64,000 nt of DNA. Origin: an uncultured Methanolobus sp. (lineage in GTDB: Archaea > Halobacteriota > Methanosarcinia > Methanosarcinales > Methanosarcinaceae). Made by a program: the position numbers and the translations under genes. This document shows positions 50,999 through 61,883 of this stretch, in pieces. The DNA is taken from the NCBI GenBank assembly GCA_963675495.1, contig OY776215.1, forward strand, positions 1,152,001 to 1,216,000, in the 5' to 3' direction. Each line of letters begins with the position of its first letter. Within the stretch, counting starts at the first letter, position 1. The notes below the pieces were generated by a model, which searched no databases, had not been told where the DNA came from, and saw only the letters and a program-made list of their open reading frames with translations.

Positions 50999-53900
50999 TT
51001 ACTGTTTTTGCCTTTCCTTTATCTCAGCAATCGTCTTTTCATATATTGCCTTGTAATCTGCTGTCTTCATTTCAGTCAGTTTACCAGATAGAACTGCATA
51101 ATCATTGTGCATTGATTCTGAACTTAACTTATGCTTCATCCACTCTGCAGCATTTATAATGCCTGTCGAAAAAGAATGGAGGGCTTCGTAATATCTGGAA
51201 AGTACCACTGATTCGTTCCTTGATCTGTAACCAATTGCAGAACCAATTGCAAGAATTCCAATGATACCTATGAAGAATATGCCAGTGTTCACAGGGCTCA
51301 CTGGATCATGTTCCAATGCTGTGTTCAATGCCTCTGACTCGGATCTTGATGTTATTGAATTCTGAGTTGATTCACTTCCATAGCTATATTTGACATTTTG
51401 AGCCGTACTCTCCAGAGCCGTGCTCCTCAAAACAGGGCTATTGCCTGTACTCACAATAGAGAATGGAGAGAATCCCGGAGTTTGGGCTTTGTAATAATAA
51501 TAATTGACATCTGTTCCTATTCTTGAAGTTGTGAGTTCTTTCCAGGAACCAGACGAATACCTGCATAGCTTTATAGCCGAAGGATCGGCATTATTATCAG
51601 TAATCCATTTTTTCTCGACCCTGAAGCTGATCTCTGCCGAGGACATATAACCACCGGAATTGAACTTGGCATCTCCGAGCCATATATTGATATGGCGATA
51701 TACATCTCCTTGGGGATTACTGCTAACAAGACTTGACCTATCATATAGTATCTCAATTATTGCTTTTACCTGACCGGCTGCCTTTAGTGAATTGAACTTC
51801 ACATACTCAAGATCATTCTCTGCATTTGGGAACTCAAATACTATTTCCGCTCCCTGAGTTACATATTTCATACCATAATCCTTGTATGCGACATTATCAT
51901 AATCTTCTGCACCGCTTGCAGAACCACCACCACCAGAACCGCCACTACTGTCTGATGTTGAAAAACCACTGAGATCTGTCGTGGAATCTCTATTAACATT
52001 ATACACGCTTATGGACACAGCCTTTGAAGCATTCAGTTTTCCATCTGTAACCCAGAATTCTACAGAATATGTACCTGACTGAGTATAATCAGGTCTCCAG
52101 TGGAATTGTCTTGTAGAAACGTCAAAGGATGCACCTGCAGGCAATCCACTGGCCGAATAAGTCAATTGATCATTATCCACATCCGTTGCATTTACATAAA
52201 AGTTCAGGGTTGCATTTTCATAAAGAGAGAAAGGACCAAAGTTTTCTATTTCAGGTGGAATGTTAGTCTGATACACTTCCACGTGAACTGTTGTAGTGTC
52301 TGTCAGATCACCGTCTGTAACATTGAAGTCAATATAATGGTCACCACTATCAAAATACCCAGGAGTCCATGAATATATATTGCCTGTGACCGTACCATTT
52401 TCAGCAGCACATGAGAAAAATACCCAATCATCATCCGGGTCCCTTGCACTAAGATTTATCTTTAGAATTTCGGTTTCGTTCACAGTATGGATTGGAATAT
52501 AATCGAAAACAGGTGCACGATTGACGTTTGCTACGTTTATAATAACAGTTTCAACCGAGGTATATATTTTATCAGACACACTGAATTCTACTGTATAACT
52601 TCCAGCCTGATCGTATGTAGGAGTCCAGCTGAATTCACCAGTGGTTTTGCCAAAGCTTGCACCGGTTGGAAGTCCAGAATCCGAATATGTTAGTTTATCG
52701 CCATCCACATCTGAAGCATTAAGAACAAAACTAATGAACTCATTTTCCGTTGCCTGCTGGGTTTCCATATGCATTATTACTGGTGGGATATTTGTATTGC
52801 CAACTGCAATGGTTGCGGTCTTCGAATCTGAAAGTTGACCATCAGAGACCGTAAATTGAATTTCATGGAAACCACTCTCGTTTATTCCCGGAACCCATGT
52901 GAAAGTATTACCAGATAGAGTACCATAATTCACATCCTTTGAGAATGTCAGTTCATCACCATCAATATCAATGGCTTGCAGAACAATCGTCACTGTTTCA
53001 AGCTCATTGACCAGTGTATCAGAGATCGAATAGAGAACAGGCGCAGAGTTGGTGTTTCCAACATCAATGTGAACTGTTTTGCTGACATCGAACTCCCCGT
53101 CACTTACTGTGAAAGTGATATGATAACTACCTTCATCCTCATAGCCCGGGGTCCATGAAAAAATACCATTATGCAAAGTACCAAACTCGACATCCTTTGA
53201 GTATACAAGGATGTCACCATCAGGATCTGAATCATTCAAATTGATGATCAAATTACTGTTCTCTGCTATTTGTACACTTTCTGGAGGATTGAGGGATGGT
53301 GCACGATTGATGTTGTTTACAATTACCTCCACGTTTTCCGTGTCTTCTACCAATCCATCAGAAACTACAAATTGAATATGATGATTGCCAGCCTGCTCAT
53401 AGGTAGGAGTCCATGTGAATATACCCGTGGATCCATCGATATGTGCCCCTGAAGGCAAGGAAGTAGCAGAATAGTATAGAGTATCAGCATCGTCGTCTTC
53501 TGCATCCAGGGTAAAGGTCAAAAATGAATTTTCATCTGTGGATTGGTCACCTATAACAGCTAGTCTTGGAGGAAGGTTAACATGCAGAACAGTTATGCTA
53601 ATTGTTTCGGAATCTGAGAGGGAATCATCATTTACTGTGAAAGTGACATTATATTCACCAGAGTCATCATAACCTGGAGTCCAGACGAATTTATGATCAG
53701 TTGAATTGAAGCTTGCTCCAGGGGGAAGATCACCTACTGAATAAACAAGGGAATCAGCATCAGGATCACTGGCACTTACGGTGAAATGCAACTCTGTGTT
53801 TTCGCTGATAGTTTTATCGCCAATATTAGAAAGGACAGGAGCACGATTAACAGAGCCAACACTGATAGATATGGTTTCGGAATCGGAAAGGAAACCATCA

Positions 53901-56900
53901 CTCACAGTGAAAGTTACATTATAAGTGCCAGATTCTTCAAAATCAGGAGTCCAGGTAAAGACATGAGTGTTAACATTAAAGTATGCATCCGATGGAAGAC
54001 CAGTGGCAGAGTAGAATAATTGGTTTGAATCTGCATCTGAGCCTGATACAGTGAAAAAGAGTTCTGAACCTTCACTGACAGCCTTATTCCCAATTGAATC
54101 TATTACAGGAGCTCTGTTTACATCATTTACAGTAACGATTATAGTTTCAGAATCAGAAAGGGAACCATCGCTAACTGTGAAAGTGAAACTATAGATGCCC
54201 GATTCTTCGAAATCAGGTTTCCAAAGGAATTGACCTGTATTGGTATTGAAAGTTGCACCTGAATCAGAAGGAATGTTTGCCACAGAATATATCAAAGTAT
54301 CAGAATCAGGATCAATGGCTGATACTGAAAAATTCAATTCCAGATTCTCATCGACCTGTTTATTTCCAATCATGTTCAATTCAGGAGCCCTATTCACAGA
54401 ACCAACACTTAAAGTAATGGTCTCCGAGTCGGAAAGGGAACCATCGCTAACTGTAAAGCTTACACTATAAGTTCCGGAATCATCATAATCAGGAGTCCAG
54501 CTGAATAAACGGGAACCTTCATTGAAACTGGCTCCTGAGGGAAGATCTACTACTGAGTACGTCAAAGAATCTAAATCAGGGTCAGTACCGAGTATTGTAA
54601 AACTGAGTTTAAAGCCTTCAGCTATAGACTTGTTGCCTATTTCACCCAGGACAGGGGCACGGTTAATGTCATTAACAGTTATAGAGATGGTTTCTGAATC
54701 AGAAAGTAAGCCATCGCTAACAATAAAAGTTATACTGTATGTACCTGAATCATCAAAATCAGGAGTCCAGGCAAATTCATGGGTATCCACATCAAAGTTA
54801 GAACCGGATGGTAAGCCTGTAGCTGAATAGGTCAGTGAATCTAAATCAGGGTCATTGGCGAAAATTGGGAAACTAAGTTCTGAACCTTCGGAAACAGACA
54901 TATCCGCAATAGTATCAAGTTCAGGAGCACGGTTCACAGAACCAACACTGACGGAGATTGTCTCGGAATCAAGGAGGGAACCATCACTGACAGTAAAAGT
55001 AATACTATATGCACCCGAATCATCAAAATCAGGGGTCCAAGTAAATTCATGGGTGTTCACATCAAAATTTGAACCTGGTGGAAGACCAGTGGCAGAATAA
55101 CTCAATCGATCAGAATCAAGATCATTAGCCGAAATTGTGAAACGTAGCTCAGAGGCTTCAGCAACTGCTTTGTTGCCTATGGCATTGAGGACAGGAGCAC
55201 GATTTACATTGTCAACTGTTATGGAGATAGTCTCAGAATCAGATTCAACACCATCGTTTACAGTGAAAATAACACTATACGTACCTGAATCGTCAAAATC
55301 AGGAATCCATACAAATTCATGGGTAATCGCATTGAAATTGGAACCAGATGGCAATCCTGTAGCGGAGTAAACAAGAGCCGTTTGGTCCGGGTCAGTTCCA
55401 GATATTTGCAAACGCAACTCTGAACCTTCATCAACTGTTTTATCGCCAATATTAGAAAGGACAGGAGCACGATTTACATTGTTCACTATTATCGTTACGA
55501 GCTCCGTATCTGTGAATATACTATCTGTCACTTCAAAAATAACATTATAGGTTCCTTCCTGATCGTATGAAGGTATCCAGAAGAACTCACGTGTAGCAGG
55601 GTTGAATGATGAACCTGCAGGAAGTCCTGAGGCAGAATAACCAAGTGTATCACCTGAATCTGCATCTGATGCACTTATAGTGAAAGAAAGAGTTTGGTCC
55701 TCATTTATTGTTTTACCACCAATCAAATCAAGGACAGGTGGAACATTTGTATTTCCAACAGCTATCCTTACCGTCTCTGTGTATGAAAGATCACCATCAG
55801 AAACGCTGAAATCAACATCATATAACCCGCTTTCATCATAGCCTGGTGTCCAGCTGAATACATTACCTGACAATGTACCAAATGCAACATTCTTGCTGAA
55901 AGAAAGGGAATCTCCATCATCATCTATAGCGTTGATAATAATAACCAATTCCTCATTTTCAGCTACTAGCTGGTCAGGTATCGATTCTATAAATGGTGCA
56001 CGATTTACATCGTTAACAGTAATGATGATGGTTTCATAATCAGAAAGGGAACCATCGCTGACTGCAAAAGTGACACTGTAGATACCTGAATCATCATAAG
56101 TGGGAGTCCATGAAAACTCACGCGTGTCCACATTAAAACTTGCACCCGATGGAAGATTATTGACAGAATATGTAAGTGCATCAGAATCAAGATCATTTCC
56201 GGAAATAGTGAAACTAAGATCAGAGCCCTCATCTACAACCCTGTCACCGATTGAAGAAAGGACAGGAATACGATTTACATTATCAACAGTAATGGTGATA
56301 GTCTCGGAATCAGAAAGAGAACCATCACTAACTGTAAAAGTGACGCTATAGATGCCGGAATCATCATAAGCTGGTGTCCAGGAAAACTCATGCGTGTTCA
56401 CATCAAAAATTGCACCTTGTGGAAGACCAGTAGAATAACATGAAAGTTCATCTGAATCAAGATCATTTCCGGAAATAGTGAAACTAAGAGTAGAGCCCTC
56501 ATCTATAATCTTGTCACCAATTGAGGAAAGGACAGGAGCTCTGTTCACATCATTTACGGTGATGATGATAGTTTCAGAATCGGAAAGAGAACCATCACTA
56601 ACTGTGAAAGTGAAACTATAGATACCCGACTCTTCGTAATCAGGTATCCAACTGAATTCATGTGTATTGGTATCAAAAGTTACACCTGACCCCTGTGATA
56701 TGTTTGTCGCAGAATATACCAAAGTATCATAATCAGGATCAATGGCTGAAACTGAAAAAGTCAATTCCGAGTTTTCATCGACCTGTTTATTACCAATTGT
56801 ATTCAGTTCAGGAGCCCTGTTTACAGAACCAACACTTATGGACAGAGTTTCGGAATCGGAAAGGAAGCCATCATTGACTATAAAGGTTACACTATAAATT

Positions 56901-58915
56901 CCGGAGTCATCAAAATCAGGGGTCCAGCTAAATTCCAGGGAGTTTTCATCGAAAATCGCGCCTGATGGAAGACCGGTGACAGAATATTCAAGCGTATCTG
57001 AATCAGGATCAGTGGCTGAAATAGTGAAACTAAGAGCAGAGCCTTCATCTACAACCTTGTCACCAATGGAAGAAAACACAGGAGCACGATTTACATTATC
57101 AACAGTAATATTGATAGTCTCAGAATCAGAGAGGGAACTATCACTAACTGTGAAAGTGACACTATAGATGCCGGAATCATCATAGTCAGGAGTCCAGGTG
57201 AACTCACCAGTGTCAACATCAAGAGTTGCACCCGTTGGAAGATCAGCGACTGAATATTCAAGTGTATCTGAATCTGGATCAATGGCTGAAATAGTGAAAC
57301 TAAGTTCAGAGCCTTCATCTATGATCTTATCACCAATAAGGAGAAGTTCAGGAGCACGATTTACATTATCAACACTAATATTGATAGTCTCAGAATCAGA
57401 GAGGGAACTATCACTAACTGTGAAAGTGACACTATAGATGCCGGAATCATCATAGTCAGGAGTCCAGGTGAACTCACCAGTGTCAACATCAAGAGTTGCA
57501 CCCGTTGGAAGATCTGCGGCTGAATATTCAAGTGCATCTGAATCAATATCGGTGCCGAAAATAGTGAAACTAAGAGCAGAGCCCTCATCTACAACCCTGT
57601 CACCGATTGAAGAAAGGACAGGAGCATGGTTGGAATCAATTACAGTAATAGTAATTATCTCGGAATCAAAATCATTACCATCGCTTACACTAAACTCCAC
57701 ATCAAAAATACCTGAAGATGTAGGAGTCCAACTGAAAATATTATCTGAAAGAGTACCAAAACTGGCATCTGTAGAATAGACAATACTATCACCATCAAGA
57801 TCAGTGGCAGAGAGAGAGATTGTCAACTCACTGTTCTCACTGACAGAACGGTCACCAATTGAAGAAAGTATAGGAGCACGATTTACATCCTCGACAGTAA
57901 TAGTAATGGACTCTGAATCTGAAAGGTTGTTAGACGATGCAGTAAATACCACCGGATAGGTACCTCCATCATTGAAGTCGGTTATCCATAGAAAATCACC
58001 GGTATTAGCATCAAGGGACGAATCATCAGGCAATGAAGACGCAGAATAGGTAACAATATCACCATCCGGGTCATTGGCATTTATATTGAAAGAAAGGACC
58101 GCATTTTCATTTACAAACTTATTACCAATTGCTTCAAACTCCGGTGCTTGGTCCGTAATGACTTCATTTACAGTGATATTGGCATATGTGAAATTAGTGG
58201 CAAATCCATCTGATACTGAAAAATTTACAACATGTCTTCCAGCATCAACTGTTGTTGGTGTCCAGGTAAATAGTCCTGTTGTAAAATTAAGGACATATCC
58301 AGCAGGGAGACCTTCAACATCATAATTTAGAACAGTATCATCTGCATCGGTTGCGGGAACCACAAAAGAGAACTCAGACCCTACATTAATAACTTTATCA
58401 GCAATATCGCCAATCTGTGGAGGGTGGTTGATCCTTACTGAACCATTGGACACGAACTGTGCAGGGAAAGATAATGTATCATTTTCAAGAGAAACATTTC
58501 GTAGTATGATATTGTAGTAACCACTTTTGATAGCTCTGAATAAAATGTCAGCAATATGGGTAGGGTCTTCTGTAGTGATATCTACAGATTCCAGGGTCAT
58601 GTTGGCAAAACCCGTGGAATTGTTAAGATAATGTGTCAACTGTGAACCTGATAACGAATCATTTGCAACAATATCATCAATTATCAAAGAAGAGTTATCA
58701 AAAACAATGTCAATAGACATTGATCGTATATTTGTAGCATTGTCTATAAATAATGGCAACGTAAACGAAGTTCCAGGATTTACAACAGTGCTCCCAAGTG
58801 ATACAGATTCGTTGGAATATGCACTGGCAATTACAGGCAACACTACCATTAGTAAAACTATACCCGTCAAGAGAAAACGTATTTTTTCATATTTTTTATT
58901 TCCATGTGGAAACAT
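50999..58915 (-). CDS. Giant cell-surface glycoprotein: signal peptide, cohesin-like domain, ~24 Ig/cadherin-like repeats, PGF-pre-PGF domain, TM anchor
   Basis: Signal ...LLMVVLPVIASA; repeats N(R)AP...D.D.D.L.YS...LP.GA......F.WTP.....G.Y...F.VSDG; Ser/Gly linker; NIWLG...F.VEK.WI...TPGFSPFSI; TM IFFIGIIGILAIGSAIG. Confidence 0.93.
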   Translation of the reverse strand: MFPHGNKKYEKIRFLLTGIVLLMVVLPVIASAYSNESVSLGSTVVNPGTSFTLPLFIDNATNIRSMSIDIVFDNSSLIIDDIVANDSLSGSQLTHYLNNSTGFANMTLESVDITTEDPTHIADILFRAIKSGYYNIILRNVSLENDTLSFPAQFVSNGSVRINHPPQIGDIADKVINVGSEFSFVVPATDADDTVLNYDVEGLPAGYVLNFTTGLFTWTPTTVDAGRHVVNFSVSDGFATNFTYANITVNEVITDQAPEFEAIGNKFVNENAVLSFNINANDPDGDIVTYSASSLPDDSSLDANTGDFLWITDFNDGGTYPVVFTASSNNLSDSESITITVEDVNRAPILSSIGDRSVSENSELTISLSATDLDGDSIVYSTDASFGTLSDNIFSWTPTSSGIFDVEFSVSDGNDFDSEIITITVIDSNHAPVLSSIGDRVVDEGSALSFTIFGTDIDSDALEYSAADLPTGATLDVDTGEFTWTPDYDDSGIYSVTFTVSDSSLSDSETINISVDNVNRAPELLLIGDKIIDEGSELSFTISAIDPDSDTLEYSVADLPTGATLDVDTGEFTWTPDYDDSGIYSVTFTVSDSSLSDSETINITVDNVNRAPVFSSIGDKVVDEGSALSFTISATDPDSDTLEYSVTGLPSGAIFDENSLEFSWTPDFDDSGIYSVTFIVNDGFLSDSETLSISVGSVNRAPELNTIGNKQVDENSELTFSVSAIDPDYDTLVYSATNISQGSGVTFDTNTHEFSWIPDYEESGIYSFTFTVSDGSLSDSETIIITVNDVNRAPVLSSIGDKIIDEGSTLSFTISGNDLDSDELSCYSTGLPQGAIFDVNTHEFSWTPAYDDSGIYSVTFTVSDGSLSDSETITITVDNVNRIPVLSSIGDRVVDEGSDLSFTISGNDLDSDALTYSVNNLPSGASFNVDTREFSWTPTYDDSGIYSVTFAVSDGSLSDYETIIITVNDVNRAPFIESIPDQLVAENEELVIIINAIDDDGDSLSFSKNVAFGTLSGNVFSWTPGYDESGLYDVDFSVSDGDLSYTETVRIAVGNTNVPPVLDLIGGKTINEDQTLSFTISASDADSGDTLGYSASGLPAGSSFNPATREFFWIPSYDQEGTYNVIFEVTDSIFTDTELVTIIVNNVNRAPVLSNIGDKTVDEGSELRLQISGTDPDQTALVYSATGLPSGSNFNAITHEFVWIPDFDDSGTYSVIFTVNDGVESDSETISITVDNVNRAPVLNAIGNKAVAEASELRFTISANDLDSDRLSYSATGLPPGSNFDVNTHEFTWTPDFDDSGAYSITFTVSDGSLLDSETISVSVGSVNRAPELDTIADMSVSEGSELSFPIFANDPDLDSLTYSATGLPSGSNFDVDTHEFAWTPDFDDSGTYSITFIVSDGLLSDSETISITVNDINRAPVLGEIGNKSIAEGFKLSFTILGTDPDLDSLTYSVVDLPSGASFNEGSRLFSWTPDYDDSGTYSVSFTVSDGSLSDSETITLSVGSVNRAPELNMIGNKQVDENLELNFSVSAIDPDSDTLIYSVANIPSDSGATFNTNTGQFLWKPDFEESGIYSFTFTVSDGSLSDSETIIVTVNDVNRAPVIDSIGNKAVSEGSELFFTVSGSDADSNQLFYSATGLPSDAYFNVNTHVFTWTPDFEESGTYNVTFTVSDGFLSDSETISISVGSVNRAPVLSNIGDKTISENTELHFTVSASDPDADSLVYSVGDLPPGASFNSTDHKFVWTPGYDDSGEYNVTFTVNDDSLSDSETISITVLHVNLPPRLAVIGDQSTDENSFLTFTLDAEDDDADTLYYSATSLPSGAHIDGSTGIFTWTPTYEQAGNHHIQFVVSDGLVEDTENVEVIVNNINRAPSLNPPESVQIAENSNLIINLNDSDPDGDILVYSKDVEFGTLHNGIFSWTPGYEDEGSYHITFTVSDGEFDVSKTVHIDVGNTNSAPVLYSISDTLVNELETVTIVLQAIDIDGDELTFSKDVNYGTLSGNTFTWVPGINESGFHEIQFTVSDGQLSDSKTATIAVGNTNIPPVIMHMETQQATENEFISFVLNASDVDGDKLTYSDSGLPTGASFGKTTGEFSWTPTYDQAGSYTVEFSVSDKIYTSVETVIINVANVNRAPVFDYIPIHTVNETEILKINLSARDPDDDWVFFSCAAENGTVTGNIYSWTPGYFDSGDHYIDFNVTDGDLTDTTTVHVEVYQTNIPPEIENFGPFSLYENATLNFYVNATDVDNDQLTYSASGLPAGASFDVSTRQFHWRPDYTQSGTYSVEFWVTDGKLNASKAVSISVYNVNRDSTTDLSGFSTSDSSGGSGGGGSASGAEDYDNVAYKDYGMKYVTQGAEIVFEFPNAENDLEYVKFNSLKAAGQVKAIIEILYDRSSLVSSNPQGDVYRHINIWLGDAKFNSGGYMSSAEISFRVEKKWITDNNADPSAIKLCRYSSGSWKELTTSRIGTDVNYYYYKAQTPGFSPFSIVSTGNSPVLRSTALESTAQNVKYSYGSESTQNSITSRSESEALNTALEHDPVSPVNTGIFFIGIIGILAIGSAIGYRSRNESVVLSRYYEALHSFSTGIINAAEWMKHKLSSESMHNDYAVLSGKLTEMKTADYKAIYEKTIAEIKERQKQ
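52000..58430 (-). repeat. Intragenic tandem array of ~250-276-bp units (Ig-like repeats)
   Basis: About 24 units counted from NxxP starts; units beginning near 57091 and 57361 are nearly identical at DNA level with a 270-bp period. Confidence 0.9.
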
Positions 58916-59162
58916 GCTTTACCCCCATAAAGCATTTTTAGAAGGAAGCACAGCTGCCTCCTGATAGATGTGACTATTAAGTGTACTAACCTAATAAAAG
59001 GAAGCACCACCACTGCTAATAAGAGTTATATCTAATAGTTAATAAAATTTTTTAATCACATTCATATAATAATAATTTGCTGAGAAAAATACTACCTGAT
59101 CACAAAACAGCATAAAACACGTGACCAGACAACGAAAATATAGTTATAACTTAATTAGTCTA

Positions 59163-61706
59163 TTATTTTTTTATTCGCCTGTACCTCTTGCCATCAGGAT
59201 TTGCAATTTGCAGATATAATCTTTCATAGTGAGATCTGTATTTAACACCCACAGCAGCAACAGCAACTATCGATCCGACCAATATTAGGAACATCAGTGA
59301 TCGTTTGTTATCCTGGGAAGCATCCCCTTCTTCATCCAGAATGATATCATCGCCAATTGACATTTTAGCTTGTTCATTGGAAGGAGAACTATTTTCGATC
59401 ATAACAATTTTGGAATTCTCCGGCATAATAATAGCAAATGGTGAAAAGCCAGGTGATCTGGCTTTGTAATAAAAATAATCCTCATCTTCATCTATTTCTG
59501 ATGTTTCTAAGGAATTCCACATACCGTCTGAATAACGATATAGTTTTACCAATTTAGAATCATAATCGTTGGAAATGACCCATGATCTTTCAACCTTGAA
59601 CTTGATAACTACATTAGAGATCATGTCAGATGGGAACTTTGAATCTCCAACCCATATATTCAGATTCTTGTAAACTTCACCAGCAGGAGATTTTTTTACC
59701 AGTGTAGAAGTTTCTTTTAATATTTCCACCACTGCTTTGGTTTGACCCCCGTTGAGTCTGGATACAAAACCAACGGACATAATGCTATTTGCAGGTTCAT
59801 CAAATTCGAATAAAGATTCCATATCTTTATTCACATACTTGATCTTGTAATCTTTTAGATCAATATTCTCAAATTCTTCACCGGTGTTCATGGATCCACC
59901 ACCACCGCCTCCGCCACCAGAACTGGAAGCAGAGCTTGTGGAACTTGTAGATGAAGAAGGTTCTGTTACAGTTATTGAAACTGTTTCATAATCATCAGCA
60001 TCGCCATCGTTTACATGGAAACTTACTGAATACGTTCCTTGTTGATCACTGGAAGGGGTCCAAGTAAAATAGCCCGTCGAACCATCAAAATTTGAACCTG
60101 AAGGAAGATTAAGTGCAGAGTATGTAAAAATATTATTTACATCAATATCCTCAACATCTAATGAAAAGTTCAATGTATCCCCCTCAGACACTTCCAGAGG
60201 AAACATCTGATTGATCTGTGGTGGCATATTTACATCATTGACCGTAATAGTTGCTGTTGTACTATTGGTCAAACTGCCGTCAGACACTGTGAACAATATA
60301 TCGTGTAATCCGGAATCAGAATAACCCGGAGTGCATATGAACGTATTACCTCGTACAATTCCAAGGCTGCTGTTCGTTGAGAATGTAAGAGTATCACCAT
60401 CTGAGTCAATTGCTGTTAAAGCAATATTAAGAACACTGTTTTCATCTTGGGTATAATTATTTACGGGGTTGATTACTGGAGCTTGATTTACATCAGAAAC
60501 CACAATGTCCACTACTTCATATTCTGCATAGCTGTCATCTGAAACCCTGAATTCCACTTTATAGTTACCAGCCTGTGAATATGAAGGAATCCAGGAAAAT
60601 TTAACTGAAGAACCATTCATTGTTAGAATTGCACCTGATGGAAAATCATTTGGATACGAAAAACTAAGTGTGTCATTATCAGAAGCTTCTATCTCAAATG
60701 CTAGCTCTGAATTTTCTTCTACATATTGGGTTTCCATAGCTTTTAGGACAGGGACTGAATTGGAATCACCAACCACTATCTTTGCAATCTTTGTTTTTGA
60801 AGTTAAACCATCGGTAATAGTGAATGTCTGGGAGAAAGCACCCGGAGAATCAGTATTTACCCACTGGAACAAACCTGTATTTGAATCCAGAGATGCACCA
60901 GCAAGCAAATCACTTGCATTAGAATAGATAAGAGCGTCACCATCCGGATCATAAGCATTCAATTGTATAGTAACCGTTTCATTCTGAAGAACAGAAGTAT
61001 CACCAATGGAATAGAATGTAGGTTCCCTGTTTACATTTGAAACATTTATCATTGCAGTTTGAGTTACTGAAGAAAAACCATCGTTTACTGTGAAAACAAT
61101 AGTATGTTCACCCTCATCATCGTAATTAGGAGTCCAGGTAAAAACGTTATTCTGGAGATTTCCAAATGTTACATCCTTTGAAAAAACAAGTAAGTCGCCA
61201 TCCGGGTCAGATGCATTAAGTATCACTTTAACCTGAGAATTTTCATCTACTGTAGTGTCAGGAATGGGAGAAAATATCGATAAACGATTTGCATTATTTA
61301 CAGTTATAGCGATATATTCTGAATCAATATGACTACCATCAGATACTACAAACTGGATAAGATAACTGCCTGACTGATCATAGTTTGGAATCCATTCAAA
61401 CACCCCTGTAGAATTATTAAGACTTGAACCTGATGGCAAATTTATTGCAGAGAATATCAACGAATCATAATCCTGATCATTTGCAGACAAAGTGAAAGAT
61501 AATAAGCTGTTCTCATTAATAGATCGATCACCTAGAACTTCCATAACAGGAGCATTAGTTGCAACAGCTGTAGCCACAATTTGTAAATTTAGCACTAAGA
61601 CCACAAAAAATAACACACATGCTAAACCTGGGTATATTCCTAACCTTTTGTGAACCTTCCTGTTTCCAACTAGGTCTTTTGATCCATGCTCTGCGAAACG
61701 AAAAAT
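59163..61706 (-). CDS. Cell-surface protein with 6 Ig-like repeats, PGF-pre-PGF domain and TM anchor
   Basis: Same repeat consensus; NLNIWVG, SPGFSPFAI; TM then basic tail; the ORF track starts at GTG 61616 but the frame is open to an ATT at 61706 behind a GGAGGGG RBS. Confidence 0.9.
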   Translation of the reverse strand: MFRFAEHGSKDLVGNRKVHKRLGIYPGLACVLFFVVLVLNLQIVATAVATNAPVMEVLGDRSINENSLLSFTLSANDQDYDSLIFSAINLPSGSSLNNSTGVFEWIPNYDQSGSYLIQFVVSDGSHIDSEYIAITVNNANRLSIFSPIPDTTVDENSQVKVILNASDPDGDLLVFSKDVTFGNLQNNVFTWTPNYDDEGEHTIVFTVNDGFSSVTQTAMINVSNVNREPTFYSIGDTSVLQNETVTIQLNAYDPDGDALIYSNASDLLAGASLDSNTGLFQWVNTDSPGAFSQTFTITDGLTSKTKIAKIVVGDSNSVPVLKAMETQYVEENSELAFEIEASDNDTLSFSYPNDFPSGAILTMNGSSVKFSWIPSYSQAGNYKVEFRVSDDSYAEYEVVDIVVSDVNQAPVINPVNNYTQDENSVLNIALTAIDSDGDTLTFSTNSSLGIVRGNTFICTPGYSDSGLHDILFTVSDGSLTNSTTATITVNDVNMPPQINQMFPLEVSEGDTLNFSLDVEDIDVNNIFTYSALNLPSGSNFDGSTGYFTWTPSSDQQGTYSVSFHVNDGDADDYETVSITVTEPSSSTSSTSSASSSGGGGGGGGSMNTGEEFENIDLKDYKIKYVNKDMESLFEFDEPANSIMSVGFVSRLNGGQTKAVVEILKETSTLVKKSPAGEVYKNLNIWVGDSKFPSDMISNVVIKFKVERSWVISNDYDSKLVKLYRYSDGMWNSLETSEIDEDEDYFYYKARSPGFSPFAIIMPENSKIVMIENSSPSNEQAKMSIGDDIILDEEGDASQDNKRSLMFLILVGSIVAVAAVGVKYRSHYERLYLQIANPDGKRYRRIKK

Positions 61707-61883
61707 AAAATCCCCTCCATAATCGTTTTTATCTTATGTTTCTCATGTGATAAATCTAATTGATTATGACTTGATTATTATATATTACACCCATTAACAA
61801 TAGTCCTTTTTGTTAAAAACTACAATAACAACAGATCACACAATTACTGTGCAATCAGCTGATCCGGTTTGTCCATTTAAATG

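Noticed and set aside
55258-57588. Repeated alternative-frame ORFs (56005-56232, 57091-57318, 57361-57588) as a hidden gene family
   Set aside because: Frame-shifted by-products of the duplicated repeat DNA
52000-58430. Regularly spaced repeats as a CRISPR array or DGR template/variable repeat pair
   Set aside because: Units are ~270-bp in-frame coding repeats with no unique spacers, and there is no cas or reverse transcriptase gene in the window
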